Of a stretch of DNA of 64,000 bases, positions 41,134-50,779 are shown one piece after another; within the stretch, counting starts at the first letter, position 1, and each line of letters opens with the position of its first letter. The stretch lies in contig CAVVHS010000006.1 in assembly GCA_963748215.1 (NCBI GenBank), forward strand, positions 896,001 to 960,000. The letters run 5' to 3'. Source of the stretch: an uncultured Gammaproteobacteria bacterium (lineage in GTDB: Bacteria; Pseudomonadota; Gammaproteobacteria; UBA9214). Under the pieces are notes generated by a model that worked only from the letters and a program-made list of their open reading frames with translations, did no database searches and was not told the origin of the DNA. Both the position numbers and the translations under genes were made by a program.

Positions 41134-41760
41134 ATGAACAACAACCTGAAACTCGGCGGAGTGATTACGGCAATTGCAGCCGGCGTGCTTTTCGCAAGCA
41201 CCGCCACGGCACATGAGGCCGGCCAGGCCAACGCCGGTTATGTCGGCGACAACAGCGGTCACTACATCACGGACAGCAACGGCAACTGCGTGAAGACCGG
41301 TTCCTGGAACGAGGACATGATGACGGTCGATTGCGGCGCCCCGGCACCGGTTGAGGCCAAGGCCCCGCCACCACCGCCGGCCCCGCCACCTGCACCGACC
41401 TACGAGACGGTGACGCTGTCGTCCAAGGCCCTGTTTGCCCATGACAAGTCCAACCTGCGGCCGGAAGGCATGGCGCAGCTGGACGACCTGGCCGACAAGA
41501 TCAAACGTGACGACCGCGTCGTCGACGTGAAGGTCGTCGGCCACACCGACAGCTCCGGCAGCGAGGCCTACAACCAGGCTCTGTCGGTACGTCGCGCCAC
41601 TACCGTGCGTGACTACCTGGCCACCAAGGGTGTGGACCCCAACCTGATGTCGGTCAGCGGCATGGGTGAATCCAGCCCGGTTACCAGCAACGCGACCAAG
41701 GCAGGCCGCGCCGAGAACCGCCGCGTGGAAGTCAGCATCGGCGTACAACGCAAGCAGTAA
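41134..41760 (+). CDS. OmpA-family (RmpM-like) peptidoglycan-binding protein
   Basis: Signal peptide, DS.GNCVKTG.W, Pro-rich linker, GHTD..GS..YN..LS.RRA, NRRVE. Confidence 0.9.
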   Translation: MNNNLKLGGVITAIAAGVLFASTATAHEAGQANAGYVGDNSGHYITDSNGNCVKTGSWNEDMMTVDCGAPAPVEAKAPPPPPAPPPAPTYETVTLSSKALFAHDKSNLRPEGMAQLDDLADKIKRDDRVVDVKVVGHTDSSGSEAYNQALSVRRATTVRDYLATKGVDPNLMSVSGMGESSPVTSNATKAGRAENRRVEVSIGVQRKQ

Positions 41761-41778
41761 TTCTATTGTCGCAACACC

Positions 41779-41810
41779 AACCCATCGCCCGCAAGGGCGA
41801 TGGGTTTTTT
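41779..41810 (+). terminator. intrinsic terminator after the OmpA gene
   Basis: aacccatcgccc-gcaa-gggcgatgggtt followed by a T-run. Confidence 0.85.
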
Positions 41811-41816
41811 ATTGTC

Positions 41817-41982
41817 CAGGAGTCTGTCGGACTTGGGTGATCGTAGCGAGCATGATGGGCGAGTGAGTACAGATTTTCACGATTTCAAGGCGCATAGTCA
41901 TTCTACGCAACGAGAAATCGGGGGAATATGGGCCGCTCTCCCATCAGCGCAGTAGATTAATCCCAAGTCCGACAGACTCCTG
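41817..41982. mobile_element. 166-bp MITE with perfect 21-bp terminal inverted repeats
   Basis: caggagtctgtcggacttggg (41817-41837) and cccaagtccgacagactcctg (41962-41982). Confidence 0.8.
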
Positions 41983-42001
41983 ATAACGGGGGAGTTAACG
42001 T

Positions 42002-42823
42002 ATGGACCTGCAGAAATTCGTGGACCCGGAGATGGTCAACACCTATCTCGTTCCCTGGAGCCTGCGCATCATCATGGCGCTGGTCGTCTTTGTCATCGGA
42101 CGCTGGGTCGCGAAAGTGGTGGTACGCATTATCGAACGCATGATGAAGAAGGCGCGCATGGACGACATGCTGACCGCGTTCCTCGGCAATATCCTCTACA
42201 CCGTACTGCTGCTGGTGGTGGTGATCGCCGCGCTCGACCAGCTCGGCGTACAGACCACTTCGCTGCTGGCTGTCTTCGGCGCCGCCGGCCTGGCCATCGG
42301 TCTTGCCCTCAAGGACTCGCTGGCGAACTTCTCCTCCGGCGTGCTGCTCATCATCTTCCGCCCCTTCAAGGTCGGCGACTTCATCGAGGCCGCAGGCCAG
42401 TCCGGCGTGGTGGAGGAAGTGCGCATCTTCAGCACCGTCTTGCGTACCGGCGACAACCGCGAAATCATCGTACCCAACGGCCACATCTACGGCGGCCCGA
42501 TCGTGAATTACTCCGCACGCGCCACACGGCGTATCGACCTGGTCATGGGCATTGGCTACGATGATGATATCCGCAAGGCAAAACAGCTGATCGTAGAGGC
42601 CTTCGCCGCAGATGACCGTATACTCAAGGACCCGGCACCGGCGGTATCGGTGGCCGAGCTGGCCGACAGCAGCATCAACCTGAACGTCCGCCCGTGGGTC
42701 AACTCGGCGGAGTACTGGAATGTGCGCTCCGACCTGCTGCAGAACATCAAGCAGTCGTTCGACGCCAATGGCATCAGCATCCCCTACCCGCAGCGGGATG
42801 TGCACATGCACAACGTTGCCTGA
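42002..42823 (+). CDS. mscS: small-conductance mechanosensitive channel
   Basis: GAAGLAIGLAL..SLANF.SG, PFKVGD.I, DN..I.VPN, GISIPYPQ. Confidence 0.9.
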   Translation: MDLQKFVDPEMVNTYLVPWSLRIIMALVVFVIGRWVAKVVVRIIERMMKKARMDDMLTAFLGNILYTVLLLVVVIAALDQLGVQTTSLLAVFGAAGLAIGLALKDSLANFSSGVLLIIFRPFKVGDFIEAAGQSGVVEEVRIFSTVLRTGDNREIIVPNGHIYGGPIVNYSARATRRIDLVMGIGYDDDIRKAKQLIVEAFAADDRILKDPAPAVSVAELADSSINLNVRPWVNSAEYWNVRSDLLQNIKQSFDANGISIPYPQRDVHMHNVA

Positions 42824-42924
42824 ACGGCAGGCGGCCGGCGACACGCCCGCGTGTCGCCGGCTATCTGCGCCCTGCCCGTCTCCGTTATACTCGGCCTTCC
42901 TGAAGCTGTTTCCGGAACCCGGGC

Positions 42925-44244
42925 ATGACTACAGTCGACACCCTCATCCACGGCCGCTGGATCGCACCGGTCGAGCCGGACAACACGCTGCACGAACACC
43001 ACAGCCTGGTCGTGCATGAAGGTCGCATCGTCGACCTGCTGCCAACCGACCAGGCACGCACCCGCTACACGGCCGACAACGAACATGAACGCGACCGGCA
43101 CCTGCTGATACCGGGCCTGGTAAACGCACACACCCATGCCGCCATGTCGCTGCTGCGCGGGCTCGCCGATGACCTGCCGCTCCACGACTGGCTCAACAAC
43201 CATATCTGGCCGGCGGAATCGCGCTGGGTCAACGAGGAATTCGTGCACGACGGCGTGCAGCTCGCCATCGCCGAGATGCTGCGCTGCGGCACCACCTGCT
43301 TCAACGACATGTACTATTTTCCCGACGTCACCGCACGTGTCGCCGTCAGTTGCGGGATGCGCGCCTGCGTCGGGCTGATCGTGCTCGACTTCCCCACCGT
43401 GTGGGCGGGTGACGCCAACGAGTACATTTCCAAGGGACTTGCGGTGCACGATCACTACCGCAGCGACCCGCTGATCCGGACGCTGTTCGCGCCGCATGCG
43501 CCGTACACGGTGTCCGATGCACCGCTGCAGCATATCCGCGTGCTCACCGACGAACTGGACATCGGCATACACATGCACGTACACGAAACGGCCGAGGAAA
43601 TCGACAAGGCCGTGGAGCTCACGGGCAAACGGCCGCTGGCCCGCCTGCACGAGCTCGGGCTGATCGCACCCAACATGATGGCCGTGCACATGACCCGGCT
43701 GTCGACACGGGAAATCGCCGACTTCGCCGTCGCCGGCGGGCACGTCGTGCACTGCCCGGAATCGAATCTCAAGCTCGCCAGCGGTCTGGCGCCGGTGCAG
43801 GCGCTGCTTGCGGCGGGCGTCAACGTCGCGCTGGGCACGGACGGCGCCGCCAGCAACAACGACCTCGACATGATCGGCGAAATGCGCACCGCCGCCCTGC
43901 TCGGCAAGATGGTGGCGAACGACGCCAGCGCGCTGCCGGCGCACGCCGTGCTGCGCATGGCGACGCTGAATGGCGCCCGGGCGCTGGGGCTGGGTAACGA
44001 GACCGGCTCGCTGGTCAGGGGCAAGTGGGCTGACGTTGCCGCCGTCAACCTGGACACGCTCGAGGCCCGGCCGCTGTATGACCCGGTATCCCAGCTGGTC
44101 TATACCTGCGGACGCGAACAGGTCACCGACGTGTGGGTGGCCGGCCAGCAACTGCTGAAAAGCCGGCGCCTCACGACGCTGGACGATAATGATATCCTTG
44201 CACGCACGCTTGAATGGCAGGCACGGATCGGATCAAACGCATGA
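42925..44244 (+). CDS. TRZ/ATZ-family amidohydrolase (MTA/SAH deaminase-like)
   Basis: PGLVNAHTH, APHAPYT, HVHET, HCPESNLKL, GTDGAASNN; adjacent to mtnA and ubiG. Confidence 0.88.
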   Translation: MTTVDTLIHGRWIAPVEPDNTLHEHHSLVVHEGRIVDLLPTDQARTRYTADNEHERDRHLLIPGLVNAHTHAAMSLLRGLADDLPLHDWLNNHIWPAESRWVNEEFVHDGVQLAIAEMLRCGTTCFNDMYYFPDVTARVAVSCGMRACVGLIVLDFPTVWAGDANEYISKGLAVHDHYRSDPLIRTLFAPHAPYTVSDAPLQHIRVLTDELDIGIHMHVHETAEEIDKAVELTGKRPLARLHELGLIAPNMMAVHMTRLSTREIADFAVAGGHVVHCPESNLKLASGLAPVQALLAAGVNVALGTDGAASNNDLDMIGEMRTAALLGKMVANDASALPAHAVLRMATLNGARALGLGNETGSLVRGKWADVAAVNLDTLEARPLYDPVSQLVYTCGREQVTDVWVAGQQLLKSRRLTTLDDNDILARTLEWQARIGSNA

Positions 44245-44948
44245 ACGAGGCAGTACACAACGTCGATCCCGACGAGATCGGGAAATTCGAGAAACTGGCC
44301 AGCCGCTGGTGGGACCCGCACAGCGAATTCAAGCCTCTGCACGACATCAACCCCTTGCGGCTCGATTATATCGATGCGCTGGTGCCGCTGGCCGGCAAGC
44401 GCGTGATCGACGTCGGCTGCGGCGGCGGCCTGCTCACCGAGGGCATGGCGGCACGCGGCGCCGAGGTCACCGGCATCGACATGGGCGAGGCACCGCTCAG
44501 CGTGGCGCGTCTGCACCAGCACGAGTCCGGCCTGGCAATCGACTACCAGCAGGCCACCGCCGAGCACATGGCCACCCGGCATGCCGGCGAATTCGATGTC
44601 GTCACCTGCCTGGAAATGCTCGAGCATGTACCCGACCCGGCCGCGACCATCGCTGCCTGCGCAGCGCTGCTGAAGGACGATGGCCTTATCGTGCTGTCGA
44701 CCATCAACCGCAACCCCAAGTCCTACCTGTTCGCCGTGATCGGTGCGGAATATCTGCTGCGGCTGCTGCCGAAAGGCACGCACGACTATGCGAAATTCAT
44801 CCGTCCCTCCGAGATGGAGGCCTGGGCGCGCGCAGCCGGCCTGCAACTGACGGACCTCACCGGCATGAGCTACAACCCGCTCACGCAGGAATACCGGCTC
44901 GGCAGCGATGTCTCGGTAAATTACCTCGCCGCGTTCCGCAAGGCCTGA
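44241..44948 (+). CDS. ubiG: ubiquinone biosynthesis O-methyltransferase
   Basis: EI.KF...A.RWWD...EFKPLH.INP.R, DVGCGGG, LEMLEHV, STINRN. Confidence 0.95.
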   Translation: MNEAVHNVDPDEIGKFEKLASRWWDPHSEFKPLHDINPLRLDYIDALVPLAGKRVIDVGCGGGLLTEGMAARGAEVTGIDMGEAPLSVARLHQHESGLAIDYQQATAEHMATRHAGEFDVVTCLEMLEHVPDPAATIAACAALLKDDGLIVLSTINRNPKSYLFAVIGAEYLLRLLPKGTHDYAKFIRPSEMEAWARAAGLQLTDLTGMSYNPLTQEYRLGSDVSVNYLAAFRKA

Positions 44949-45661
44949 TGTCCGGCACCGCGTTCACCCCCGCCGCGGGCACCGGGCCGGTATGCATTCG
45001 TACCGTGCTGTTCGACCTCGACGGCACCCTGCTCGACACCGCGCCCGACCTGGCCGATGCGCTGAACACGGTACTGGTCGAACAAAACCATCCGCCGCTG
45101 CCCTTCGATGCCATCCGGCCGGTGGTCTCGCACGGCGGCATCGCCCTCATCGAGCTGGGTTTCCGGCTGGCGCGCAGCGATCCGGCCTTCGAGCCGCTGC
45201 GGCAGCGACTGCTGGAGGTCTACCGCGCCAACCTGTCCGGCAAGACGCGGCCCTTCGCGGGTACGGAGACCCTGCTCGATGCACTGGAGGCACGCGGACT
45301 GAACTGGGGCGTGGTGACCAACAAGCCGGGCTGGCTGACTGAGCCGCTACTGCAGGATCTCGGACTGTTCGAGCGCGCCGCCTGCGTGGTCAGCGGTGAC
45401 ACCCTCGCGGAACGCAAGCCGAACCCGGCACCCATGCTGCTGGCCTGCCGGCAGGCCGGATCGGAACCGGCGCAATGCGTCTACATCGGTGACGCACAGC
45501 GCGATGTCGAAGCCGGCAGGAATGCCGGCATGCACACACTGGTTGCGCTGTTCGGTTATCTCCAGGCGCAGGACGACCCGCACGCCTGGCAGGCCAGCGG
45601 CATGATCAACACCCCCGCCGAGGTGCTCGACTGGCTCGATCGGGTCGCGCAACAGGACTAG
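44948..45661 (+). CDS. HAD-family phosphatase (Gph/MupP type)
   Basis: LFDLDGTL.DTAPDL, VVTNKP, GDTL..RKP.P, YIGDA.RD. Confidence 0.9.
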   Translation: MSGTAFTPAAGTGPVCIRTVLFDLDGTLLDTAPDLADALNTVLVEQNHPPLPFDAIRPVVSHGGIALIELGFRLARSDPAFEPLRQRLLEVYRANLSGKTRPFAGTETLLDALEARGLNWGVVTNKPGWLTEPLLQDLGLFERAACVVSGDTLAERKPNPAPMLLACRQAGSEPAQCVYIGDAQRDVEAGRNAGMHTLVALFGYLQAQDDPHAWQASGMINTPAEVLDWLDRVAQQD

Positions 45662-45718
45662 CCATGGCGCCGGCCGCGTAGCCGGCCTGTTAGGTGGTAT
45701 CATTCATGTCCATGCACG

Positions 45719-47008
45719 ATGAACGAGCTCACGTTCCTGATCCTGGTGATCGTCATTTCGCTGGAGATCGGTGCCGTCACCGCCTACCTGATGGAGAACC
45801 GCAAGTACGACAAGCTGCGGTACAGGTACGCGCGCCTGATCGAGGCCTACCGCTACGCACGCAAGTCATCCGCACAGCAGACGGCAATGTTCGAGCAGAC
45901 CACTGCCACGCTCAAGGACACCTTCAGCTCGCTGGCCGGCAATGCGCTGAAGAACAACACCACGCAGTTCCTGCAGCTGGCCAACGAGAACATGCAACAG
46001 CACCGCATCCGCGCACGGGATGAACTCGCGCAGCGCGAACAGGCCATAGAAAGCCTGGTCAAGCCGATCCGCGAGGCGCTCGGCAAGACCGAGGCGGAAA
46101 TCCGCCGCATGGAAAACGAGCGCAAGCAGGCACAGGGTTCGTTGACCGCCCATCTCGAGACCATGGCCGAATCCCACCGCCTGCTGCAGAACGAGACCCG
46201 CAACCTGGTGCAGGCACTGCGCCGGCCCGAGGTTCGCGGCCAGTGGGGCGAGCTGACGCTGAAACGGCTGGCCGAGCTGGCCGGCATGGTCGAGCACTGC
46301 GATTTCGTCGAACAGGAAACCCTGCAAAGCGACAAGGGCCCGCAGCGACCGGACATGGTGATCCGCATGCCCGACAAGCGCGAGGTCGTGGTCGATGCCA
46401 AAACACCGCTCGACGCCTACCTGTCCGCCATCGAGACCACCGATGACAGCGAGCGCAAGGCACACCTGACCCGGCATGCCCGTAACGTGCGAGCGCGCAT
46501 CAAGGAGCTGTCGAACAAGGCCTACTGGCAGCAACTGCGCTACAGCCCGGAGTTTGTGGTGCTGTTCATACCCGGCGACCAGTTCCTCAGTGCAGCGCTG
46601 GAAATCGACCGCAGCCTGATCGAGGACGCACTGACCCAGCATGTCATACTCGCCACGCCGACCAGCTTTGTCGCGCTGCTGCGTGCCATCGCCTACGGCT
46701 GGCGCCAGGAGGCACTGGCCGAGAATGCGGACCTCATTCGCGAGGTCGGCCAGGAGATGTTCATGCGCCTGAGCACCTTTGCCGAACACCTGGCAAAACT
46801 CGGGCGCAACCTGGACAGCAGCGTGCACGCCTTCAACAAGGCGGTCGCCTCCTATGACTCGCGGGTCATGCCCGGTGCACGCAAGTTCACCGAGCTCGGC
46901 GTCACGGCCCGGAAGGAACCGCCCCGGGTGGACCAGGTCGAGCGCATGGCACGCAGCGTCGCTTCATGCGAGGAAAACGACCAAGAGGCGAGCCTGGCGG
47001 AAACATGA
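45719..47008 (+). CDS. rmuC: DNA recombination protein RmuC
   Basis: RGQWGE..L, RPD.VI.MP, VDAK.PL, FVVLF.PG, LATPT....LLR. Confidence 0.9.
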   Translation: MNELTFLILVIVISLEIGAVTAYLMENRKYDKLRYRYARLIEAYRYARKSSAQQTAMFEQTTATLKDTFSSLAGNALKNNTTQFLQLANENMQQHRIRARDELAQREQAIESLVKPIREALGKTEAEIRRMENERKQAQGSLTAHLETMAESHRLLQNETRNLVQALRRPEVRGQWGELTLKRLAELAGMVEHCDFVEQETLQSDKGPQRPDMVIRMPDKREVVVDAKTPLDAYLSAIETTDDSERKAHLTRHARNVRARIKELSNKAYWQQLRYSPEFVVLFIPGDQFLSAALEIDRSLIEDALTQHVILATPTSFVALLRAIAYGWRQEALAENADLIREVGQEMFMRLSTFAEHLAKLGRNLDSSVHAFNKAVASYDSRVMPGARKFTELGVTARKEPPRVDQVERMARSVASCEENDQEASLAET

Positions 47009-47781
47009 CCGATACTTCACCCATGCCGGCCGACTGGCAGCCGGCCACCGACCTGCTGCGGGATCGCATCATCCTGCTGACCGGCGCCGCCAACGGCATC
47101 GGCCGCGCGCTGGCGGATGCACTGGCCGCGCACGGTGCCACGCTGGTGCTGCTCGACAAGGACGTCCACGGCCTGGAACTGGCCTATGACGACATCGTGG
47201 CCGCCGGCCACCCGGAACCCGCGCTCTATCCCATGGACCTGGCGGGTGCCGGACCGGACGACTACACCGCGCTGGCGGCAACGCTGCAGCAGGAATTCGG
47301 GCGGCTCGACGGACTCATTCACAACGCCGCCGAACTCGGCGCACTGATCCCGCTCGGCAATTTCGAAACGGAGCTGTGGTTCAGGACGCTGCAAACCGAT
47401 CTCAATGCCCCGTGCCTGCTTACCATGGCCTGCCTGGGCCTGCTGAATGCAAGCACCGACGCCTCGGTGATCTTCACCAGCGACAGTGTCGGCCGGCACG
47501 GCAAGGCCTACTGGGGCGCCTATGGTGTGGCCAAGGCCGGGCTCGAGGGTTTCATGCAGATCCTCGCCGACGAGCTGGAAGCCAACACGCCGGTACGCGC
47601 CAACAGCATCGATCCCGGCCCGGTGCTCACCGGCCTGCGGCGGATCGCCTACCCGGGTGAAAACAGCGCGAACCTGAACAAGCCGGCGGACGTGGTGAAG
47701 CCGTTCCTGTTCCTCGCCAGCACGGCGAGCAAGGGCATCACCGGACAGCAGTTGAGCGTGGCCGCACTCCTGGCCACCTGA
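47005..47781 (+). CDS. YciK-like short-chain dehydrogenase
   Basis: TGA..GIG, LDGLIHNA, WGAYGVAK, R..AYPGE. Confidence 0.88.
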   Translation: MTDTSPMPADWQPATDLLRDRIILLTGAANGIGRALADALAAHGATLVLLDKDVHGLELAYDDIVAAGHPEPALYPMDLAGAGPDDYTALAATLQQEFGRLDGLIHNAAELGALIPLGNFETELWFRTLQTDLNAPCLLTMACLGLLNASTDASVIFTSDSVGRHGKAYWGAYGVAKAGLEGFMQILADELEANTPVRANSIDPGPVLTGLRRIAYPGENSANLNKPADVVKPFLFLASTASKGITGQQLSVAALLAT

Positions 47782-47789
47782 CACACGCC

Positions 47790-48416
47790 CTACCAGTAGA
47801 CCTGCAGGGTCTCTCCTTCAATCCGGTGTTCGAACTCGGTCAGCGGACGGTTGCCGATGTCGACACACGCCCCCGTGGTAACATCGAAGGCCCAGTGGTG
47901 CTTGGGGCAGGTCAGCCGCGTGCCCTCCAGCGCAAGATGCGGAATGTTGGTGACCTGGTGCGGACAGCGGCTGTCGTAGACACGCAGGGTATCGGCGTCC
48001 CGGTAGACAAACAGGCTGCGCCCGTCGCAGTCCAGGTAGGTCACATCGCCCGACGCCAGCTGGTCGAGTTTCGCGACGTCGTGCCAGCGCGATTCCGCGA
48101 ACAGGTTTTCGGGCCGGAACTCGGGAATATCCATGTCGAGCAGGATGTCGATGGCCCAGACAATCTTGGCCAGGCCCAGCGTAGGAAAGGCCATCAGCAG
48201 CGCGTCCAGCACCTCGTTCGGCGTCGCGCCGTTGCGCAGCGCGCGGGTCAGGTACTGGCGGAAACCGCCCTCGGTCTGGGCATCCACCTTGGTGATCACC
48301 GAAATCAGGTCGCGCGTGCGGACATCGAGATGCTTGCCGGCCTCCTTCAAAAACTTGAAATAGTGCGTAATGGCATCGGGGCGCGCGCCCACCAGATAAT
48401 TCAGTGCGTCACTCAT
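47790..48416 (-). CDS. AhpD/CMD-like domain fused to a Rieske [2Fe-2S] domain
   Basis: N-terminal LD.RTR.LIS...ALRNGATPNEV (CMD-like); C-terminal CPH...CPKH Rieske ligands. Confidence 0.78.
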   Translation of the reverse strand: MSDALNYLVGARPDAITHYFKFLKEAGKHLDVRTRDLISVITKVDAQTEGGFRQYLTRALRNGATPNEVLDALLMAFPTLGLAKIVWAIDILLDMDIPEFRPENLFAESRWHDVAKLDQLASGDVTYLDCDGRSLFVYRDADTLRVYDSRCPHQVTNIPHLALEGTRLTCPKHHWAFDVTTGACVDIGNRPLTEFEHRIEGETLQVYW

Positions 48417-48648
48417 GGGTAACTCCGTTCAGGGAATCAAGAGGATTCCAATACTAGTGGGTATTGACCCGGTGGCCAATAACCCGGCCCCGCCCTGATT
48501 CGAACAGGCAGGTCCGGGATGCCTTTTTCTGCGCATGGTATAGTCGCGTGGAACTGACGCTGCAGCTGCAGTCAGGGATGAAAACCAGGCAGCCGGGGTG
48601 CCGCGTGAACGGTTCCGGAAAAGGGCTTCAGACCCGCTGCCGAGAGAA

Positions 48649-50211
48649 TCAGGGCAGCATCATGCCGCGGATGGTGAAATAGATGATGGCGGCCAGTACA
48701 CCCGACACGGGCACGGTAATCAGCCAGGCGGCGGCTATCTTCATCAGTGCCGAGCGCTTCACCAGTTCGCTGCGGTAGATTTTCTTCAGCGCCTTGCGCT
48801 CCTTCTTGCTCAATTCGGTGGCGGCCTTGTGCCGCTTGAGCTGTTCCAGCAGGTCACCCTTCTCGGCCAGCGGCGCCGCCTCGAAGCGCGTCATAAAGGC
48901 CTCGACCTCGCCGCGGTCTGCACCCTGGTGGTGGTGTTCGATCTCCACCACCATGCCCGCGTAGGAGGCCTTGATGTACTCGCGCAGGAAACCGACGCCG
49001 AACACGGCGCCCACCGCTATGTGCGTGGAACTCACCGGCAGGCCCAGATGGGTGGCAACGATGACGGTAATGGCGGCACTCAGGGCAATACAGAAGGCAC
49101 GCATCTGGTTCAGTTCGGTAATCTCGCTGCCAACGGTACGGATGAGCTTGGGCCCGTACAGTGCCAGGCCGATGGAAATACCCACGGCGCCGACCATCAT
49201 CACCCACAGGGGAATCGATGCCTTCGTCACGATCAGACCCGAGACAACAGCGTCGTTGATGGCCGCCAGTGGCCCGACGGCGTTGGCCACGTCGTTGGCA
49301 CCATGCGCAAAACTCAGCAGCGCAGCGGCAAAAATCAGCGGCACGATGAACAGCCGGTTGACGCCCTGCTTGGAGTTCTCCAGGCTGACAGCGGCGCGCC
49401 CTACCAGCCACCTGGCGAGCAGAAAGACGGCGGCGGCGACACCGAAACCGATACCCATGGCGGTCGCCATATCCACCTTCCAGATATGCTTCAGGCCCTT
49501 CATCACCAGGTAGGTGCCGAATGCCCAGGCCATGATGGCCACCAGCACGGGCACCATGCGCTTTGCCGCCGTGACCATGTCGGTCTGGTAGGTGATGGTG
49601 CGCTTGATGAGATACAGGAATGCCGCCGCGATGACCCCGCCCAGCACCGGCGAAATCACCCAGCTGGCGGCAATCTGCCCCATCTTCGGCCAGTCCGCGA
49701 TGCCCCAGCCACCGGCCGCGATACCCGCACCCAGCACCCCGCCGACAATGGCATGGGTGGTGGACACCGGCGCGCCGAGCAGCGTCGCGATATTCAGCCA
49801 CAGCGCGCCGGCCAGCAACGCGGCCATCATCAACCAGATGAAGATATCGGCACTGGCGATCAGGTCCGGGGAAATGATGCCACTCTTGATGGTTCCGACC
49901 ACGTCACCGCCGGCGATCAGCGCGCCGGCCGCCTCGAAGATCGCGGCAATCAGGATGGCTCCCGTCAGGGTCAGGGCACGCGACCCGACCGCGGGTCCCA
50001 CGTTGTTGGCGACATCGTTGGCGCCGATGTTCATGGCCATGTAACCGCCGATCATGCCCGCGATCACCAGCATGTAGCTGACCTCGCCGGCACGCGACCC
50101 CACGAACAGCATGATGGCAATGATGAACAGCATCGCCACACCCAGGCGGAAAAATTCTTTACGGCCCACCCAGGTGGCATGTTCAATTTCAGCGAGCTTC
50201 TCGAGTTTCAT
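48649..50211 (-). CDS. PiT-family inorganic phosphate transporter
   Basis: GANDVAN twice, PVSTTH, PVSSTH. Confidence 0.92.
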   Translation of the reverse strand: MKLEKLAEIEHATWVGRKEFFRLGVAMLFIIAIMLFVGSRAGEVSYMLVIAGMIGGYMAMNIGANDVANNVGPAVGSRALTLTGAILIAAIFEAAGALIAGGDVVGTIKSGIISPDLIASADIFIWLMMAALLAGALWLNIATLLGAPVSTTHAIVGGVLGAGIAAGGWGIADWPKMGQIAASWVISPVLGGVIAAAFLYLIKRTITYQTDMVTAAKRMVPVLVAIMAWAFGTYLVMKGLKHIWKVDMATAMGIGFGVAAAVFLLARWLVGRAAVSLENSKQGVNRLFIVPLIFAAALLSFAHGANDVANAVGPLAAINDAVVSGLIVTKASIPLWVMMVGAVGISIGLALYGPKLIRTVGSEITELNQMRAFCIALSAAITVIVATHLGLPVSSTHIAVGAVFGVGFLREYIKASYAGMVVEIEHHHQGADRGEVEAFMTRFEAAPLAEKGDLLEQLKRHKAATELSKKERKALKKIYRSELVKRSALMKIAAAWLITVPVSGVLAAIIYFTIRGMMLP

Positions 50212-50277
50212 AGCCTGTGCTCCGGTTTATTAAAGAAAAATTCATGGCCTGCCGCGACTGGCCAACCCAACCTTCGA

Positions 50278-50295
50278 TTGTCACAAATCTGTCAT
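50278..50295 (+). promoter_or_regulatory. Pho-box-like direct repeat upstream of the PiT gene
   Basis: TTGTCAC-AAAT-CTGTCAT, 11-bp periodicity as in PhoB boxes. Confidence 0.45.
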
Positions 50296-50713
50296 CGTTA
50301 CGCTAACTAAATAAACGGCTGCGGCCATCCTGCATCCTTGCAACACCATGACGCGCAGTGACACAAGCGTTGCCACGGACGCTTGCCCGAGATCAGCGCC
50401 TGACGCCCGTGCCGTCAAGCGGCCGCATTCATCGTCAAGCCGTCCGTCAGCCGAGCCATGCGGGCGACTGTGCTCAGGCACGGGCGGGGCCCCTGCCGTC
50501 ATTTGATCGTAGCGTTGGCTGCGACCGGCCGCGCGATTCCGGCGCGTCTGACAACCGTGGAAATCACAGGCCATGGCATCGCGCCACCGACGCCCTTGCG
50601 AGCTTCTACCCGCCCTGCCATGCCTGTCGCCAGCTGATGGCTGCCCCCTGAATTATCCGGACTAATAACATAGTTATTTCTGTTAGTTACATACCATTTC
50701 TAAAGTTGAACTA

Positions 50714-50745
50714 ATCTTGACTAAAATGGTCAGTTTCTATAGATT
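50714..50745 (+). promoter_or_regulatory. sigma70 promoter overlapped by an Rrf2/IscR-like operator
   Basis: TTGACT-N17-TAGATT; imperfect palindrome TTGACT-AAAAT-GGTCAG covers the -35. Confidence 0.5.
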
Positions 50746-50779
50746 AGTAATTAATTGTATACCCATATAGGAGGTTGTT

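Noticed and set aside
44189-45661. 490-aa ORF suggesting an extended phosphatase fusion
   Set aside because: The N-terminal half is an alternate frame over ubiG; the real gene starts at the TGATG overlap at 44948
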